Positions 14,401 to 30,425 are shown, numbered from the stretch's first letter. The stretch: 64,000 nt of DNA from Blastocystis sp. Blastoise (GCA_039096225.1 JBBPEB010000020.1:372001-436000); one strand, 5' to 3'. The notes: generated by a model from the letters alone, not told the origin. Made by a program: numbers and translations.

Positions 14401-17400
14401 CATTCCTCTCTTCTGATATTCTATAGAATAACATATACATTTTACTTCTCCAAATACTTTAAAATTTGTTATCAAATGAGTTAAGATTTTCAATTTTATA
14501 TAAAATACTCTATCTACTATATCAGGTCTCATCCAAGGTTGTTGACCTTCTTCTAATGATTCTAAGATTTCTGGCCAATTTGGATTGCAAGTCATGGTTA
14601 TAAATAAATCTGGTTTACCATAAGCTCTTACAATAGCCATTGTTTCTAAATAGGAATTCTTCATATATCGAGGACCACCTACAAAACTTGATGGAATAAT
14701 AACTGCTTTTCCCATTCTACTTCTTATATATTCATCACTAAATCCATTTCGTATCATCTCATTCACTGTATCTCGAAATACAGAATATTTCTCAGATCTT
14801 AATTTTGTTTGATTATTTGCTATAAATAATAATCTTGAATATTCTATTTTTGTAGCTGCATCAACCATAAATTGTAATAATAATTTTTCAAATAATAGTA
14901 AATAATTCTTATGATTAGGATGCCTTGTATATAATAAATAAGAATAAAATTCTCTTAATGAAATAGTAGGTATAGTATAAAATTCATTTCCTAAAATATC
15001 TAATGGAAATCCTCTTTCTGATCTATTTCTAAAAATTGGAATAATTCTCATCGATTTTGAATCATCTCCATTACTATCATTATTCTCTGTATGATTACTA
15101 TTTATTCTATAATTATTTCTATTATTTAATTCATTTTCTACTTCTTCTATTATTTCATTCTCATTATTATTATTATTATTATTAGTTGTTGTTCTTGTAG
15201 AAATATTTCTATTATTATTATTATTATTTTGACGATTTAAATGTAATTCAGAATTACGTATAATATTAGAAGTAGATTCTAAACTCCATAATGGTAATCC
15301 ATAAGGAAACATTAATGGATATATTAATGGATCACAAAATGGATTATTATAACTAAGATTTGTTATTTGTTGTTCTGATATATTTTCATTATTATTTTCA
15401 TTTTCATTATTATTTTCATTATTATTTTCATTTCTTCTTCTTCTTCTTGGATAACATGAAAGATTAATATTTGGTAAACCTTCATCATTTTGTTTTGGTA
15501 TAATCATAGCTATTTCATTTGTTGTAGTAGGAGCATTAAATCTTCTTCTATCATCATAATTACTTATTTTAAATTGTAATTTTAAATTTACTTGTGAATA
15601 AGTAGTATTATTTATTCTTCTTGATTCTGTTACTTGTTCATGTAATGTTTTAAAAGATTCATATATTTTATTATTATTTCTTATCATAGAATCAATACTT
15701 AATAATAAATCAGAAGATAATTCTGAAAACATACTATTTCCATTTCGAATATGAAGAGCTTCTTCTTCATCATAAATATATATTTGATTAAAAGAAGGAG
15801 GAGAATTATCAGAAGGATATAAATCACTCATAGAATGATATACATTACCATGAACTCTATAAAAATATGGTCCTGGACCATTCATTCTTGTTACTACATT
15901 AGAACATGACATAGAAGCAAAAGCAAAAGCATTATTATATCTTCTTATCTCATTTCTAAATAATTTATTATTTGGTGTTTGACTCTTTAATTGATTTAAT
16001 AATTCATTTGGAAGATTTATAGGTGATTCTACTTTCACTTTCCCATTATTACAACACATTGTATAATTTGAATTTCTTGTAATGATATAATCATGATCTC
16101 CTTCATAAAAATAAAATGAATTTCGTGCTCTAGAAGACTCTGTATTATACTGTAAGTGTGAAACATATTTATTAAAATTATAGTTTGCTCTTTCTGCTTC
16201 AAAATGAATAGCTTCACAATGAATACAAACATGATTCATTTTACCTATATTATAATATTCATATTTATTATTTCTATGAATATCTCTTTCATTTTCTTCT
16301 ATTATTTGTTCTCCATTTCCTATACATAAATAATAATAGTTTTATTATCATAAAGAAAGAATTATAATGATGATATAACATTAAGCATACTTAATTTAAT
16401 ACATGCTTCACAATTTTCAAATCTTATAACAATTGGAATATTGTTATTATTTTCTTCATTATTATTTTCATTTTGATTATCTATATCTATATCGTTATTA
16501 TTTGTAGTATTTATTGGTTCTATTTGCAAAATAGGATTATTAGTAGTATTAGAAGGAATAATAGGTGTGAAATCACTATCTGCACTTGAATCATTATCTG
16601 AAGTAGAAGAATCAAAATTAATTCTTCTTCTATGATTATTTATATTTGTTGATAATAGATTATTATTATTAGGATTTTGAATAGGAGATATTTGATAATA
16701 ATTTAATATATCTAATATAGATGATCTTGGTAGAGGAGGAATAATAGAATGATTATTATTATTATGAGAAGAAGAAGAAGAATTAATAATTCTTGAATCA
16801 AGAGGAGATAATCTAGGAGGAGTTATAATGAGTGAAGTAGAAGGGGATACTATTTGATTATTTGTATTAGAATTTGGTGTATTATGTATACATGGAGTAT
16901 GATTATTATTGATCCTATTATTATTTGAATGTATATCATTATTGTGTTGATTATATAAAGGAGTTACAGGATTATTTAATATTATAGGTTGTGTATTATC
17001 ATTTGTTTCATTATTTTCAAAAATAAAAGTAGAATTAAAACTATCATCAATTATTGATTGAGATATACTTTCATTATTATTATTTATTTCAGATTCTATA
17101 AAATTTGTTTCATTAATTAAAGTTTCAGATATATTTTCGTTATTTAAACTTGTATTATTATTAGAATCTGGCTCTATTAAATTGATTTCATTAATTAATG
17201 TTTCGATTGTGTTATTATTATATGAATTTGTATTATTACTTTGAGTTGAAGTATTATCTGAAATAGGAGAAGAAGAAGATATAGTTGCTATATTGTTTAG
17301 TTGTATTGGGTGTTGTTCAGTTACTATTTCTTCATTATTTAAAGAATTATTTGTATTGAATAATGAATTGTCTTGATTAAAAGCATTTTGATTTTCATTT

Positions 17401-17497
17401 AATATTTGGTCATTAATCCTTTTAGATTTGTGGGTATTCAAAAAATTCCCAAATATATCTCTTCTCTTAAGAGAATTAAATCGCTTTCTTTTGTTTC
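11446..17497 (-). CDS. Helitron Rep/PIF1-type helicase (RepHel); exons 17497-16391 and 16319-11446, start exon upstream not resolved
   Basis: HUH Rep motifs GKPDLFITMTCNP, EYQKRGMPHAH, KYIFKYAFKG; SF1 helicase motifs GPGGTGKT, WDEAPM, GDFRQCLPV, NGTR, AMTINKSQGQT, HGQLYVALSRV; N-terminal CxxC. The Asn-rich ORF 16362-17441 splices in frame (phase 1). Confidence 0.97.
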
Positions 17498-17726
17498 CTA
17501 TAGTATTATATATTATTAGTATTATATATAAGATTTTATTAATTAAATAATATTAATATTTGTAAACATATATATATAAAATATTTTATTTTTTTAATAA
17601 TTTAAAAATAAAATATTTAACTAAACAAAATATAATATAAAAGAATAAATAATTAAAAAAGAAATAAAATAATACAAAACAACAAAATATTTATAAGCAA
17701 AAACAAAAAAAAATTTAAAAAACTCC

Positions 17727-18227
17727 TTAATAATATTCAGGAGAAGAAACAGGATAAACAGGAGAAGTAGGAGGTGAAACCCTTTCATCATAATAAGGAG
17801 GACTTGAGAGATCCTCGTCACTTTCATTCTCCTGATTATTATTTAAAGTAACTATCAAGTCATAATAGAATTTAAATAATAAAAATATTTACCTTGATTT
17901 GTTGGATTTGTTGAATATCTGTTTTTATTTGCAAAAAGAGTTGTGTTGTCTTTAAATATAAACTTATTTGTTATTTCTGAGTCTGTAGTACCTATATATA
18001 TTTTAGGTTGTTTTCATTATTAAAACATACCGTCACAATTAATAGTAAACAGATTACTATTAAAAAATATTTTTTCAAGGGTGTTTTTGTAGTTATTATT
18101 ATCTAAAGAAAAAACAATAAAAATATTTTTATTATTTTATTAGAAAATAATATACCTTTGTCTCCCTTGTTGTTAAGACAAAAGCAAGATGTATGAAATT
18201 CAAAAGTATTTTCAACTCTCTTACAAT
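17727..18227 (-). CDS. Helitron accessory exons (72, 72, 99 nt, plus terminal exon ending SPPTSPVYPVSSPEYY*)
   Basis: Phase-1 GT-AG bounded exons 18227-18156, 18102-18031, 17991-17893 and ~17851-17727, all open in one frame. Confidence 0.55.
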
Positions 18228-18707
18228 CTAAATATATATGATAATATATTTTTGTAAGTAAGTGAAAATATTTTAAAGATCAAACATATACAAAAACAAA
18301 AGTGTGTAACATTGATTTGCCATAACAAATAAGTTACAACACAGAACCAAAACAAACACATCAAAAAATATAAAACAACAATATTATATTTGATATCTTC
18401 TATCAAATTAATTAATATTAAATACTATTTAAGTTTATAAACTTTATACTATATAAAGAGACATCATGAACTTTAACAAAGCAGAGTCGGACATTTTATA
18501 TAGGTTAAACTAAAATAATAAATAATATAAATTCATTCAAATAGAAGAATAACAAAAACAATAAAAGCTGTTAAATATTTAATGATATAAGAAATAAAAA
18601 TAGAAAAAGAAGAAAAATTAAAAAATTACAAAAAAATATAAACTAATATAAAAAAGAATAAACAACAAAGCAAACAACAAAAACAAAAATACTTTTTAAA
18701 TTTATAC

Positions 18708-21700
18708 TAAATAGTGCAGAAACACTATTATTCTTATTTCTTTTGGATTTAGTTCCTTTATCATTTAAATCTAAAATAAATTAATAAATATTTATAATTT
18801 AACATACCTTTTAGTTTACTTTCATTATCATGTCTTTTAGACCTCTTTGAGAGAGTGCGGCGGTTTTCTATGTATATATATAAAAGTTATATAAAGTATA
18901 TAATTTATATATATAAAAGTGATATAAAGTGTATAATTACTTTTCATAACGGAATGTTTTGATCGCTTATAACTATCTATAAATATATAAAATTATTGAT
19001 AGATATATATAGATATATACCTAATAATGAAGAATTATTTAAGGAGGAATCTATAGAGAAGCATTCTATATATTTTATACCCAATATATAAAATTATATA
19101 ATATATATATACTTTTTGATAAAGAATAATTCAGCGATGAATCTATAGACATATAATTCATTATATAATATATAATATATATAATATATATATATATATA
19201 TATAAGTATACTAATAGAAGGAATAGGATTGTTAGAGGAATCTATATAAGACATAATATATTATATAATATATAATATATATATAAATGTATACAATTAG
19301 AAGGAATAGGATTGTTAGAGGAATCTATATAATATATAATATAATAAATAATTTAATATATATATATAAATGTATACTAATAGAAGGAATAGGATTGGTA
19401 GAGGAATCTATATAAGACATAATATATTATATAATATATAATATATATATAAATGTATACTAATAGAAGGAATAGGATTGGTAGAGGAATCTATATAAGA
19501 CATAATATATTATATAATATATAATATATATATAAATGTATACAATTAGAAGGAATAGGATTGTTAGAGGAATCTATATAAGACATAATATATTATATAA
19601 TATATAATATATATATAAATGTATACTAATAGAAGGAATAGGATTGGTAGAGGAATCTATATAAGACATAATATATTATATAATATATAATATATATATA
19701 AATGTATACTAATAGAAGGAATAGGATTGGTAGAGGAATCTATATAAGACATAATATATTATATAATATATAATATATATATAAATGTATACTAATAGAA
19801 GGAATAGGATTGTTAGAGGAATCTATATAATATATAATATAATAAATAATTTAATATATATATATAAATGTATACTAATAGAAGGAATAGGATTGGTAGA
19901 GGAATCTATATAAGACATAATATATTATATAATATATAATATATATATAAATGTATACAATTAGAAGGAATAGGATTGTTAGAGGAATCTGTATAATATA
20001 TAATATATTATATAATATATAATATATATATAAATGTATACTAATAGAAGGAATAGGATTGTTAGAGGAATCTATATAAGACATAATATATTATATAATA
20101 TATAATATATATATAAATGTATACAATTAGAAGGAATAGGATTGGTAGAGGAATCTATATAAGACATAATATATTATATAATAAATAATTTAATATATAT
20201 ATAAATGTATACTAATAGAAGGAATAGGATTGGTAGAGGAATCTATATAAGACATAATATATTATATAATATATAATATATATATAAATGTATACTAATA
20301 GAAGGAATAGGATTGGTAGAGGAATCTATATAAGACATAATATATTATATAATATATAATATATATATAAATGTATACAATTAGAAGGAATAGGATTGTT
20401 AGAGGAATCTATATAATATATAATATAATAAATAATTTAATATATATATATAAATGTATACAATTAGAAGGAATAGGATTGGTAGAGGAATCTATATAAG
20501 ACATAATATATTATATAATATATAATATATATATAAATGTATACAATTAGAAGGAATAGGATTGTTAGAGGAATCTATATAAGACATAATATATTATATA
20601 ATATATAATATATATATAAATGTATACTAATAGAAGGAATAGGATTGGTAGAGGAATCTATATAAGACATAATATATTATATAATATATAATATATATAT
20701 AAATGTATACTAATAGAAGGAATAGGATTGGTAGAGGAATCTATATAATATATAATATATTATATAATATATAATATATATATAAATGTATACTAATAGA
20801 AGGAATAGGATTGGTAGAGGAATCTATATAATATATAATATATTATATAATATATAATATATATATAAATGTATACTAATAGAAGGAATAGGATTGTTAG
20901 AGGAATCTATATAAGACATAATATATTATATAATATATAATATATATATAAATGTATACTAATAGAAGGAATAGGATTGTTAGAGGAATCTATATAAGAC
21001 ATAATATATTATATAATATATAATATATATATAAATGTATACAATTAGAAGGAATAGGATTGTTAGAGGAATCTGTATAATATATAATATATTATATAAT
21101 ATATAATATATATATAAATGTATACTAATAGAAGGAATAGGATTGTTAGAGGAATCTATATAAGACATAATATAATAAATAATATAATATATATATATAA
21201 ATGTATACAGCTTAGAGAAGCTGGCTTTAATGAAGAATCTATATAAGACATAATATATTATATAATATATAATATATGTATAAGTATACTAATAGAAGGA
21301 ATAGGATTGTTAGAGGAATCTATATAGATATAATTCATTATAAAGTGAATATATATATATATATACGGCTTAGAGAAGCTGGTTTTAATGAATAGTCTAT
21401 AGATATATGTATCATTATATACTATATTGTATATATATAAATATACTGCTTAAGGAAGCTGGTTTCAATGAGGAGTCTATAGAGAAATTCATTACTATTA
21501 AATATAAAAGATTATATGTATATACTATTTAAAGAAACTCGTTTCAATGAGGAAGCTACGGAAAATAGGTAATTATTATATATATATATACGTATACTGT
21601 TTAAGGAACCAGAAGCTATAAATATTATGATATAACTAATAATTAATAATGTAAAAATAAAAATAGGGTAATTCTGTAAAAGCATTATAAAATGCTATAA

Positions 21701-22234
21701 AAGAGTTGATAATAAATGAAAAAAAAGTATATACCTAGCTTATGTTTCAAAGAAGAATCAGAATTTGAAGAACAAACTATGTATATATAGAATTAAATTT
21801 GTATAAATATAAAAATAATACTATAATAAAAATATATAATAGATATACCTAGTCTTTTTTTTGAAGAAACAGAAGAAACGGAAAGAACGGAAGAAGGAAC
21901 TATACATAAATGATTAATTATGTAAGAATAGTCTATATAATTATAAAATAACATAATAATTATACTATTTATTTTATGCAAATAAATGAATAAATAATAT
22001 ATACCTATCTTATTTTTTGAAGAATCAGAAGATATGTTTCCAGGAACTATATATAAATAGTTAATAATAATGATATAATAATGATAAAATATATACCTTC
22101 ATCATCATACTGAGAAAGCAACGACAGCGACGGACATTCCATTTCATAATTTGAACCTAAATAAAAAGAATTAATAAAAATGTAATAAATAGCATGCCTT
22201 CTTTAGTAATAAGAGAACCTTTTGACTTGATCAT
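18708..22234 (-). CDS. Helitron-borne Ser/Asn/Pro-rich micro-exon gene (~40 exons, mostly 30 nt)
   Basis: ATG at 22234, then internal exons of 60, 42, 51, 42, 18, 30 (x~31), 36 and 60 nt. Each is a multiple of 3, phase 1 and stop-free, with GT (one GC) donors and AG acceptors. Confidence 0.75.
19210..21325. repeat. 83-bp minisatellite, 25 copies of the core (30-nt exon + 53-nt intron)
   Basis: agaaggaatagg recurs at 19216, 19299, 19382 ... 21130 and 21294. Confidence 0.97.
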
Positions 22235-25200
22235 GATATTTTTAGAAGAGTTACTATAGAATTGAAAATAAAATAAAAATGAAACCATTCCGGTTCTTAT
22301 ATTTGTTTTAAGAATCTTCAAAATTCTAAATCTTTGAGATTTTTGAGATTTTTTGAGATTTTATGGGACACAAAAAATGAACAACCAATTATTATTCTTT
22401 TCATATTTTGACTTTTTTATTTGTGTTTCTAAAGAAATAAAATTTATAAAAATTATAAATAATTCTATTGGTTGATAAAATAAGCCAATTGTTTTATTTC
22501 TTTGTATTTTCTATTATTAAAAAAATAATTAAAAACAGAAGTTTGTGTTTTGTTTATACTTTATATATTACCTTTCTATTTTTTATATAAACACAACAGT
22601 TTTTTTAATAAATATATAAATAAAATAAATATTCTTTTCTGACTATTAAATTTTTATTTAAAAGGATTCTGACAACAAATTGACAAAAATATTTTTAATA
22701 GACTTTTAATAATAGCTTAAAAACATATCAGTGGCCATTTCACTCAAGAAAACAGCAACTGTTTGAAAGATTGAACACAACAATGTAATTCACTCATTTT
22801 TTGATACTATTAATTTTTACTGTTTTAATAACTAATGCCTCTAAAAGACTTACCATTATTAGAAAAACACTTTAGTAACATGTTTGTAAAACATATTACA
22901 AAGAATGGGTCAGAATGTCAAACTATTTTTATTTTTTAATTGATTTGAATAGATATATTTAATATATATGTTGTTTTAAAAACATTTAGTAAAAAAAATT
23001 TATAACTATTACTTTACAATTCAACATTTAAAAAAAAAACATTTCAAGTTGACTCTTGAAAATAATTTTTAAAACTAACTATCAACAGTTTAACAAATTA
23101 TTTTGGTTTTGATTAGAATCGTTTAGTTAAGAAAGACTTTTGAGAGACTTTACCATTTTGAAATGTTTTGCATCAGAATGAAATCGTCTTCAATTTTGTC
23201 ATTCAGTAACTTGTGTCATACAGAGTTACAAATAACAAAAATTGACTTGAATCTCTACTATATAAAAATTAATTGTAAATGAATTCACTCTTTAAAACAA
23301 AATATTGAAAAATAGGTTTAATTTCTTTATTTGTATTTCCTTTGAAAACTATATTTTATCATTTTCAATGAATTTAAAAAACATAGAGTCAGAATGGAGA
23401 CATATCTTCAAAATACAAAACTATTTTAAAACTATTTTTTACTCATAAACATCTATATAACAGTATCCAACTCATTTTTACGCTTTACGTTTAAAATTAA
23501 TAGTGATAAGTCACAATTATACTGTTTTCAACTTTTCAATATAAATATAGCAAACATTTGTTTAAAGTCTTATATTATATATGTATCTAGTAATTGAATG
23601 TTAACCTGTAAAATAACTCATCAAAGTATGTTTACATCAGCCAATCTGTTTGTTAACTGTCTTTTAAAAAGCCAATATTTATATATTATATGTCCAAAGT
23701 CTTAATGTATTTGTAAATAGTACTTATATATTTTAAAATATTCTCATTCAACTCAAAATTAAATAAAAAAACAAAAAACAAAAACAAAAAACTCTAAAAA
23801 AGACATAATATTTATTCATTTAATAACTCTATCAATTTTTAATTAATTAAATTTTTTTTCATATACATTTAATAAGAATAGCATAACATATATAAATTCT
23901 ATTATATTTTAACTATATATTATAAATTGATGACCGAAATCGGCCTGAGTTAAAACAATAAAAACACAATTTTTGAAAAATTATGAAATTTGTTTCTCAT
24001 TTTTGACCCCGAGATTCAACGATATTTTATATTTTGATTTGATATATGTATACAATGATATATTATCTATTTATATAAGTTTAAAAAAGTGTGTTAGGAG
24101 GACTTTTTTTGGTGCAAAGCCGCAATTAACTTTTTTTGACCTTTTTTAAAAAGTCTTTAAAGACAAAAAAAATCATAGTGTAACATATATCGCATCCTTA
24201 CACCAAATATGAAGTCAAGAGTCGAAATTAAAGTGGTCGAAATCTGCCGATACACCAACTTTGTTGTTAAAAATATACGATAATGGCATATTTGTGTATA
24301 GTCCAGGTTACTATATTATATAATAAAGTCAGAATTTAATTTAGAAAAACTTGTCTGGATATATATCCAGTCATCTTTGCTTTAAAGTTATAAAAGTGTG
24401 TTGTATGAGTGGCGATTTTTGTCTAAACATAAAATATAAAGTCAGATAGTCTTTAGAAAGAGTTGAATGATTTCGATATGTTTTTGACCTCAATTATTTT
24501 GTAATCTGTTCATATATTTCAAGAGGTGTCATGTAGTCATACAAATAAATGAAGTCTAGAATTGAAATAAAAGAAAATTATTGGCAGAACACACAATTGA
24601 AGTTTTTTGTTACTTTTTCAACATGCTAAAAACTGGTTTTAATCACTTTTAGGATGTTTTCATGACTAATAATGATGACTGGAGTTGTTTCTATAAAATT
24701 TGAAAGGGGTCAAAAGAGAATGTGCTCGATATCTCAAAACTTTGTGGATGAAATTTTTTAAACTCTTTATACTTATTGGTTATACGACTCATTCTATGTA
24801 TATAGGTTGATTATACGTTGTTAAAGTCACTTTTAAAAATGATTATTTGTTTAATTGTCTTTTCAAAATCTAAAAGTAGTTTATTTGTTTAACCTGATAT
24901 TTAAAATATATAAAAATTATTTTATTAAAAATATATATGTTCTTATGTAAACAAACAAATAAAATAAAATAAATAAAAAAAATTAATAAAATTCATTAAA
25001 TGAAAAAATTTCTTTTGTAAAATTATTATAAAAAAAGAAATTTTCTATAGAATAAAATTTATAAGAAAAAGTAAATTTTTAGAAACAACTGATAATTCTA
25101 TAAAGAATGAAAGAATTCTATAAAGTGTACGACAGTTTTTATTGGATAAAAACTCAAATTTTGAATTTTATTGCATTTTAGTGGCCAAGTCGGTTAAGTC

Positions 25201-26606
25201 ACTTCTTTGTGAGACCGTTTTAGGCCCTTAGACGTGGAATTTCTGAAAATTTTAAAAGCGCGTCATAATACGTTTTTGATATAGATTCTGAATCTTTTGT
25301 AAGTGTAACACAGATGTGTAACACAAAAAAGTAATCGGTCCATTTATATCAGTACAATTTCGTGCTTACTTATCCCTTTTATATATAAGATATGTTTCTA
25401 TTATTTGTTCTTATTATATCTCATTTTTTATTTAAAATGTTAGTTTTTTTAAAATTATTATGGTTATTATTATTTATATTATAGAGTACGGGAAAAAGGA
25501 AGAATTGATTAAATCCATTCTCGATTATACAGAATTTGTTAAATCAGAAGCCAGAAATGTTCCATTGATGAATATTCTCAAAGGATTTGCAAATTATAAC
25601 ATAAATAACATAAATGATGTATATCGAAAGAATTTCAACTTAGTTGATTTGATGAATCGATACTATTTTCAGGTAAAACGACCGTTGTCTTCAAAAAATG
25701 TTTCAACTGCAATGGTAATTGCAATTTTAAATTTTGCTATATTGAATTCGTTTTCACTATATTCTGTCAACCATTCAGAATCTTTATGCTATTTTAAGCT
25801 TCAATTAGCAAAAGAGTTGATACGCGAGCTAAATTAAAATATATATTTTGAAAATAAGTTTCAAACATTATTATTTTTTATATCTCTATGTATTATATTG
25901 TATTCATAACCTTAATGATTAAAAATCAAATTGTTTCTCAGGTGATTATCACTTAATCAGTTAATCATGTTAATTGTTTTGTTTTGTTTCTATTTTGATT
26001 GATTAATACTATTATAAGATATGCTTTTGCTGTCATAATAAAATAGAGAAAACCTGTATTTAGTTAAAAATTTATAAAAATAAAAAACCTTAAAATAACC
26101 AAAAACGAGTCATAATTTTGAAAAAAACGAGTTAATTGTAGAGTTTCTTGATTAGTGTGTTACTATAAACACTATTAATTAACTGAAAAAAAATTATTCT
26201 ATAATTATAAGAATTATATATATTTATTTATAATAGTGAAAATTAATATTAGTCAAACTACTATTTATTTTTAGTATATATTATATATAAGTATGACATA
26301 TATTTTCTTTTTTTAAAATTTATTTAAAAAAAAACGATAATATTTTTTATATATTTTTTTTGTTCTTTTCAAAAGTAGTTTTAAATATATATAAACATAG
26401 AAAAATTTAATGACTTAATTTATAAATTTTTAAAATGTAAAAAAAAATAATTTTATTTCCATTACTTTTAGACATCTTTATTATGAAATGGATTCTTTAT
26501 GAATATTAAAAATGAATTTATCTATTATTAAAAAAGAAAATATGAATACAAATTTTTATTCATAAACTATAATGTATTTTTATTATATATAGATAAGTAG
26601 ATATTA

Positions 26607-26760
26607 GTGATATGAAATAGTAGTAGTTAAACTTTTGAATTTTTAAAATTTTAATTCTTTTTTTTTTCCTATAAAAACCAACGCGTTGTTTTTTATAGGA
26701 AAAAAAAAAGAATTAAAATTTTAAAAATTCAAAAGTTTAACTACTACTATTTCATATCAC
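26607..26760. repeat. 154-bp spacerless palindrome
   Basis: 77-bp arms centred on ACG|CGT (26683/26684), one mismatch. Confidence 0.97.
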
Positions 26761-27205
26761 GAAACAGATATTTATATTAAAAAACAAAATAGAATAAATG
26801 AGATCTATTTAGATAGAATATATGCAGGATACAATAAAATCATATATGATAAATCAAATAAAAATTATATATAAGCATTATGATTTAGTCACTAATACAT
26901 AAAATTATAAAATTATTTCTTTTATATAAAACTAATAAAAAAATATATATTAATAAATAAACATTCCAGAAAGAATAATTTAAGCAAAATAACTTGAAAT
27001 AATAAATAAAATTATTGTTTATTTTCGTATCATAATATCTTTCTTAGATGAATGTAATTTATATTAGAGAAACTATTATGAGATGTTTCATTAATGAAAC
27101 TATTATAAACTATAAACTACTTCAAAAAGCATTTTTATGTATCTATATGATACAATATATTTAAAAATATTTTTGTATAAATTATAAAACTCTAAAGGAT
27201 ACGAA

Positions 27206-27233
27206 GCATCGGCGAAGCCGATGCCACCCGCTA

Positions 27234-27234
<1 letters not shown>
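27206..27234 (+). mobile_element. 3' end of a non-autonomous Helitron of the same family as 11166 (candidate 5' TC at 25883)
   Basis: GCATCGGCGAAGCCGATGCCACCCGCTAG^T is identical to the 11166 terminus; no RepHel ORF upstream. Confidence 0.85.
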
Positions 27235-27316
<82 letters not shown>

Positions 27317-27319
27317 TTG

Positions 27320-27370
<51 letters not shown>
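27235..27370. repeat. (TAA)n microsatellite
   Basis: Trinucleotide array between the Helitron CTAG and the truncated hAT end. Confidence 0.95.
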
Positions 27371-27371
<1 letters not shown>

Positions 27372-27375
27372 GTTG

Positions 27376-29458
<2,083 letters not shown>

Positions 29459-30425
29459 TGCTATAATTTTTGAATCTTCTAAAAAATTGTTTTAAAATCT
29501 TATTATAATATATCCTAACCACTCTCTGACTATCTCTATTGTATACTTAAACAATTAATATTGAAATTAGTTATAAATCAATAATAAATAGTATAAATAA
29601 GTAAGGTGTAACTTAAAGGTGTTCTATGAAATTACCGTAAATATTAAACTATTTTCCTCTTATAAATCATTATTTCACTATATTATTCACATTTTTTAAA
29701 TTATCTCCTTAATAATACTTATATATATATATTTTATGGTTTTTACATATACTTGAGAGTTTTTAATTTAATAAAAAATGTTTAATTTAATCTGATTCTT
29801 TATAGTAAACTCAAAACAACTCAAAATATACTTTCTGCTATTGATTTTTGACTTATATTTTCCTACTAAAATATTCAAATAATCATAAATTGAACGAATA
29901 AATTGTGGGAAAAATAATCGTTATTTTTCTGGTTTAAAAATATAGCCAGAACCGACAAAATGAATTAGCAGAATATTTGCTGCCCAACTTGAATGGGTAA
30001 AGTCTATTTAAAAGTTACTATTTTGAGTTATTTATGATTAAAATCATTATTTGAGACGAATATAAAAATACTAACTTTTTAAATAATGTTTTAGCTGTCA
30101 AAGTGACAATGAATGTTGATTTTGTTATACTTAAAACTTCAAAATTCTTTTAAAAAGTATTAAAATAAGTTTAAATTATTATATTATGCTTATTAAAATG
30201 AATTTTATGAATTAAAAATACTTGAGAGTTCTTCACATTGGTACTCATTTCTAAAGTTGTTTACTTTAAAAACTCAAAAAATGCTTAAAACAGTTGTTTA
30301 ATTATTAATAAATACAAAATATATTTTTAAAATAATAAATAATATATAATAATACAAATTTCGTTTTTAGTATCTAAGAAATTCTTTTAGTTTTTTAAAT
30401 ATTATTAAAAAGAATCTAAAAGATA

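Larger units (their letters stand above)
11166..25390 (-). mobile_element. Autonomous Helitron, ~14.2 kb
   Basis: 5' A^TCTTATATAT at 25390; 3' hairpin GCATCGGC-GAA-GCCGATGC, then CACCCG CTAG^T ending at 11166; encodes RepHel; the host intron resumes on both sides. Confidence 0.9.
10501..25837 (+). pseudogene. 5'-truncated piggyBac-like transposase with internal SAP domain; exons 10501-10832, 10880-10978, 25485-25837
   Basis: VIIADSAFG (second catalytic Asp-like), YRKNFNLVDLMNRY (YN..MGGVD-like), ILNFAILNSFSLY and FKLQLAKELI match the piggyBac C-terminal core. The spliced ELKPLKVDDLKDICRTNGLSQYGKKEELIKSILDY matches the SAP consensus; exon phases are compatible. Confidence 0.75.

Noticed and set aside
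19210-21325. CRISPR-like array
   Set aside because: The 'spacers' are near-identical AT-rich introns, the context is eukaryotic, and there are no cas genes.
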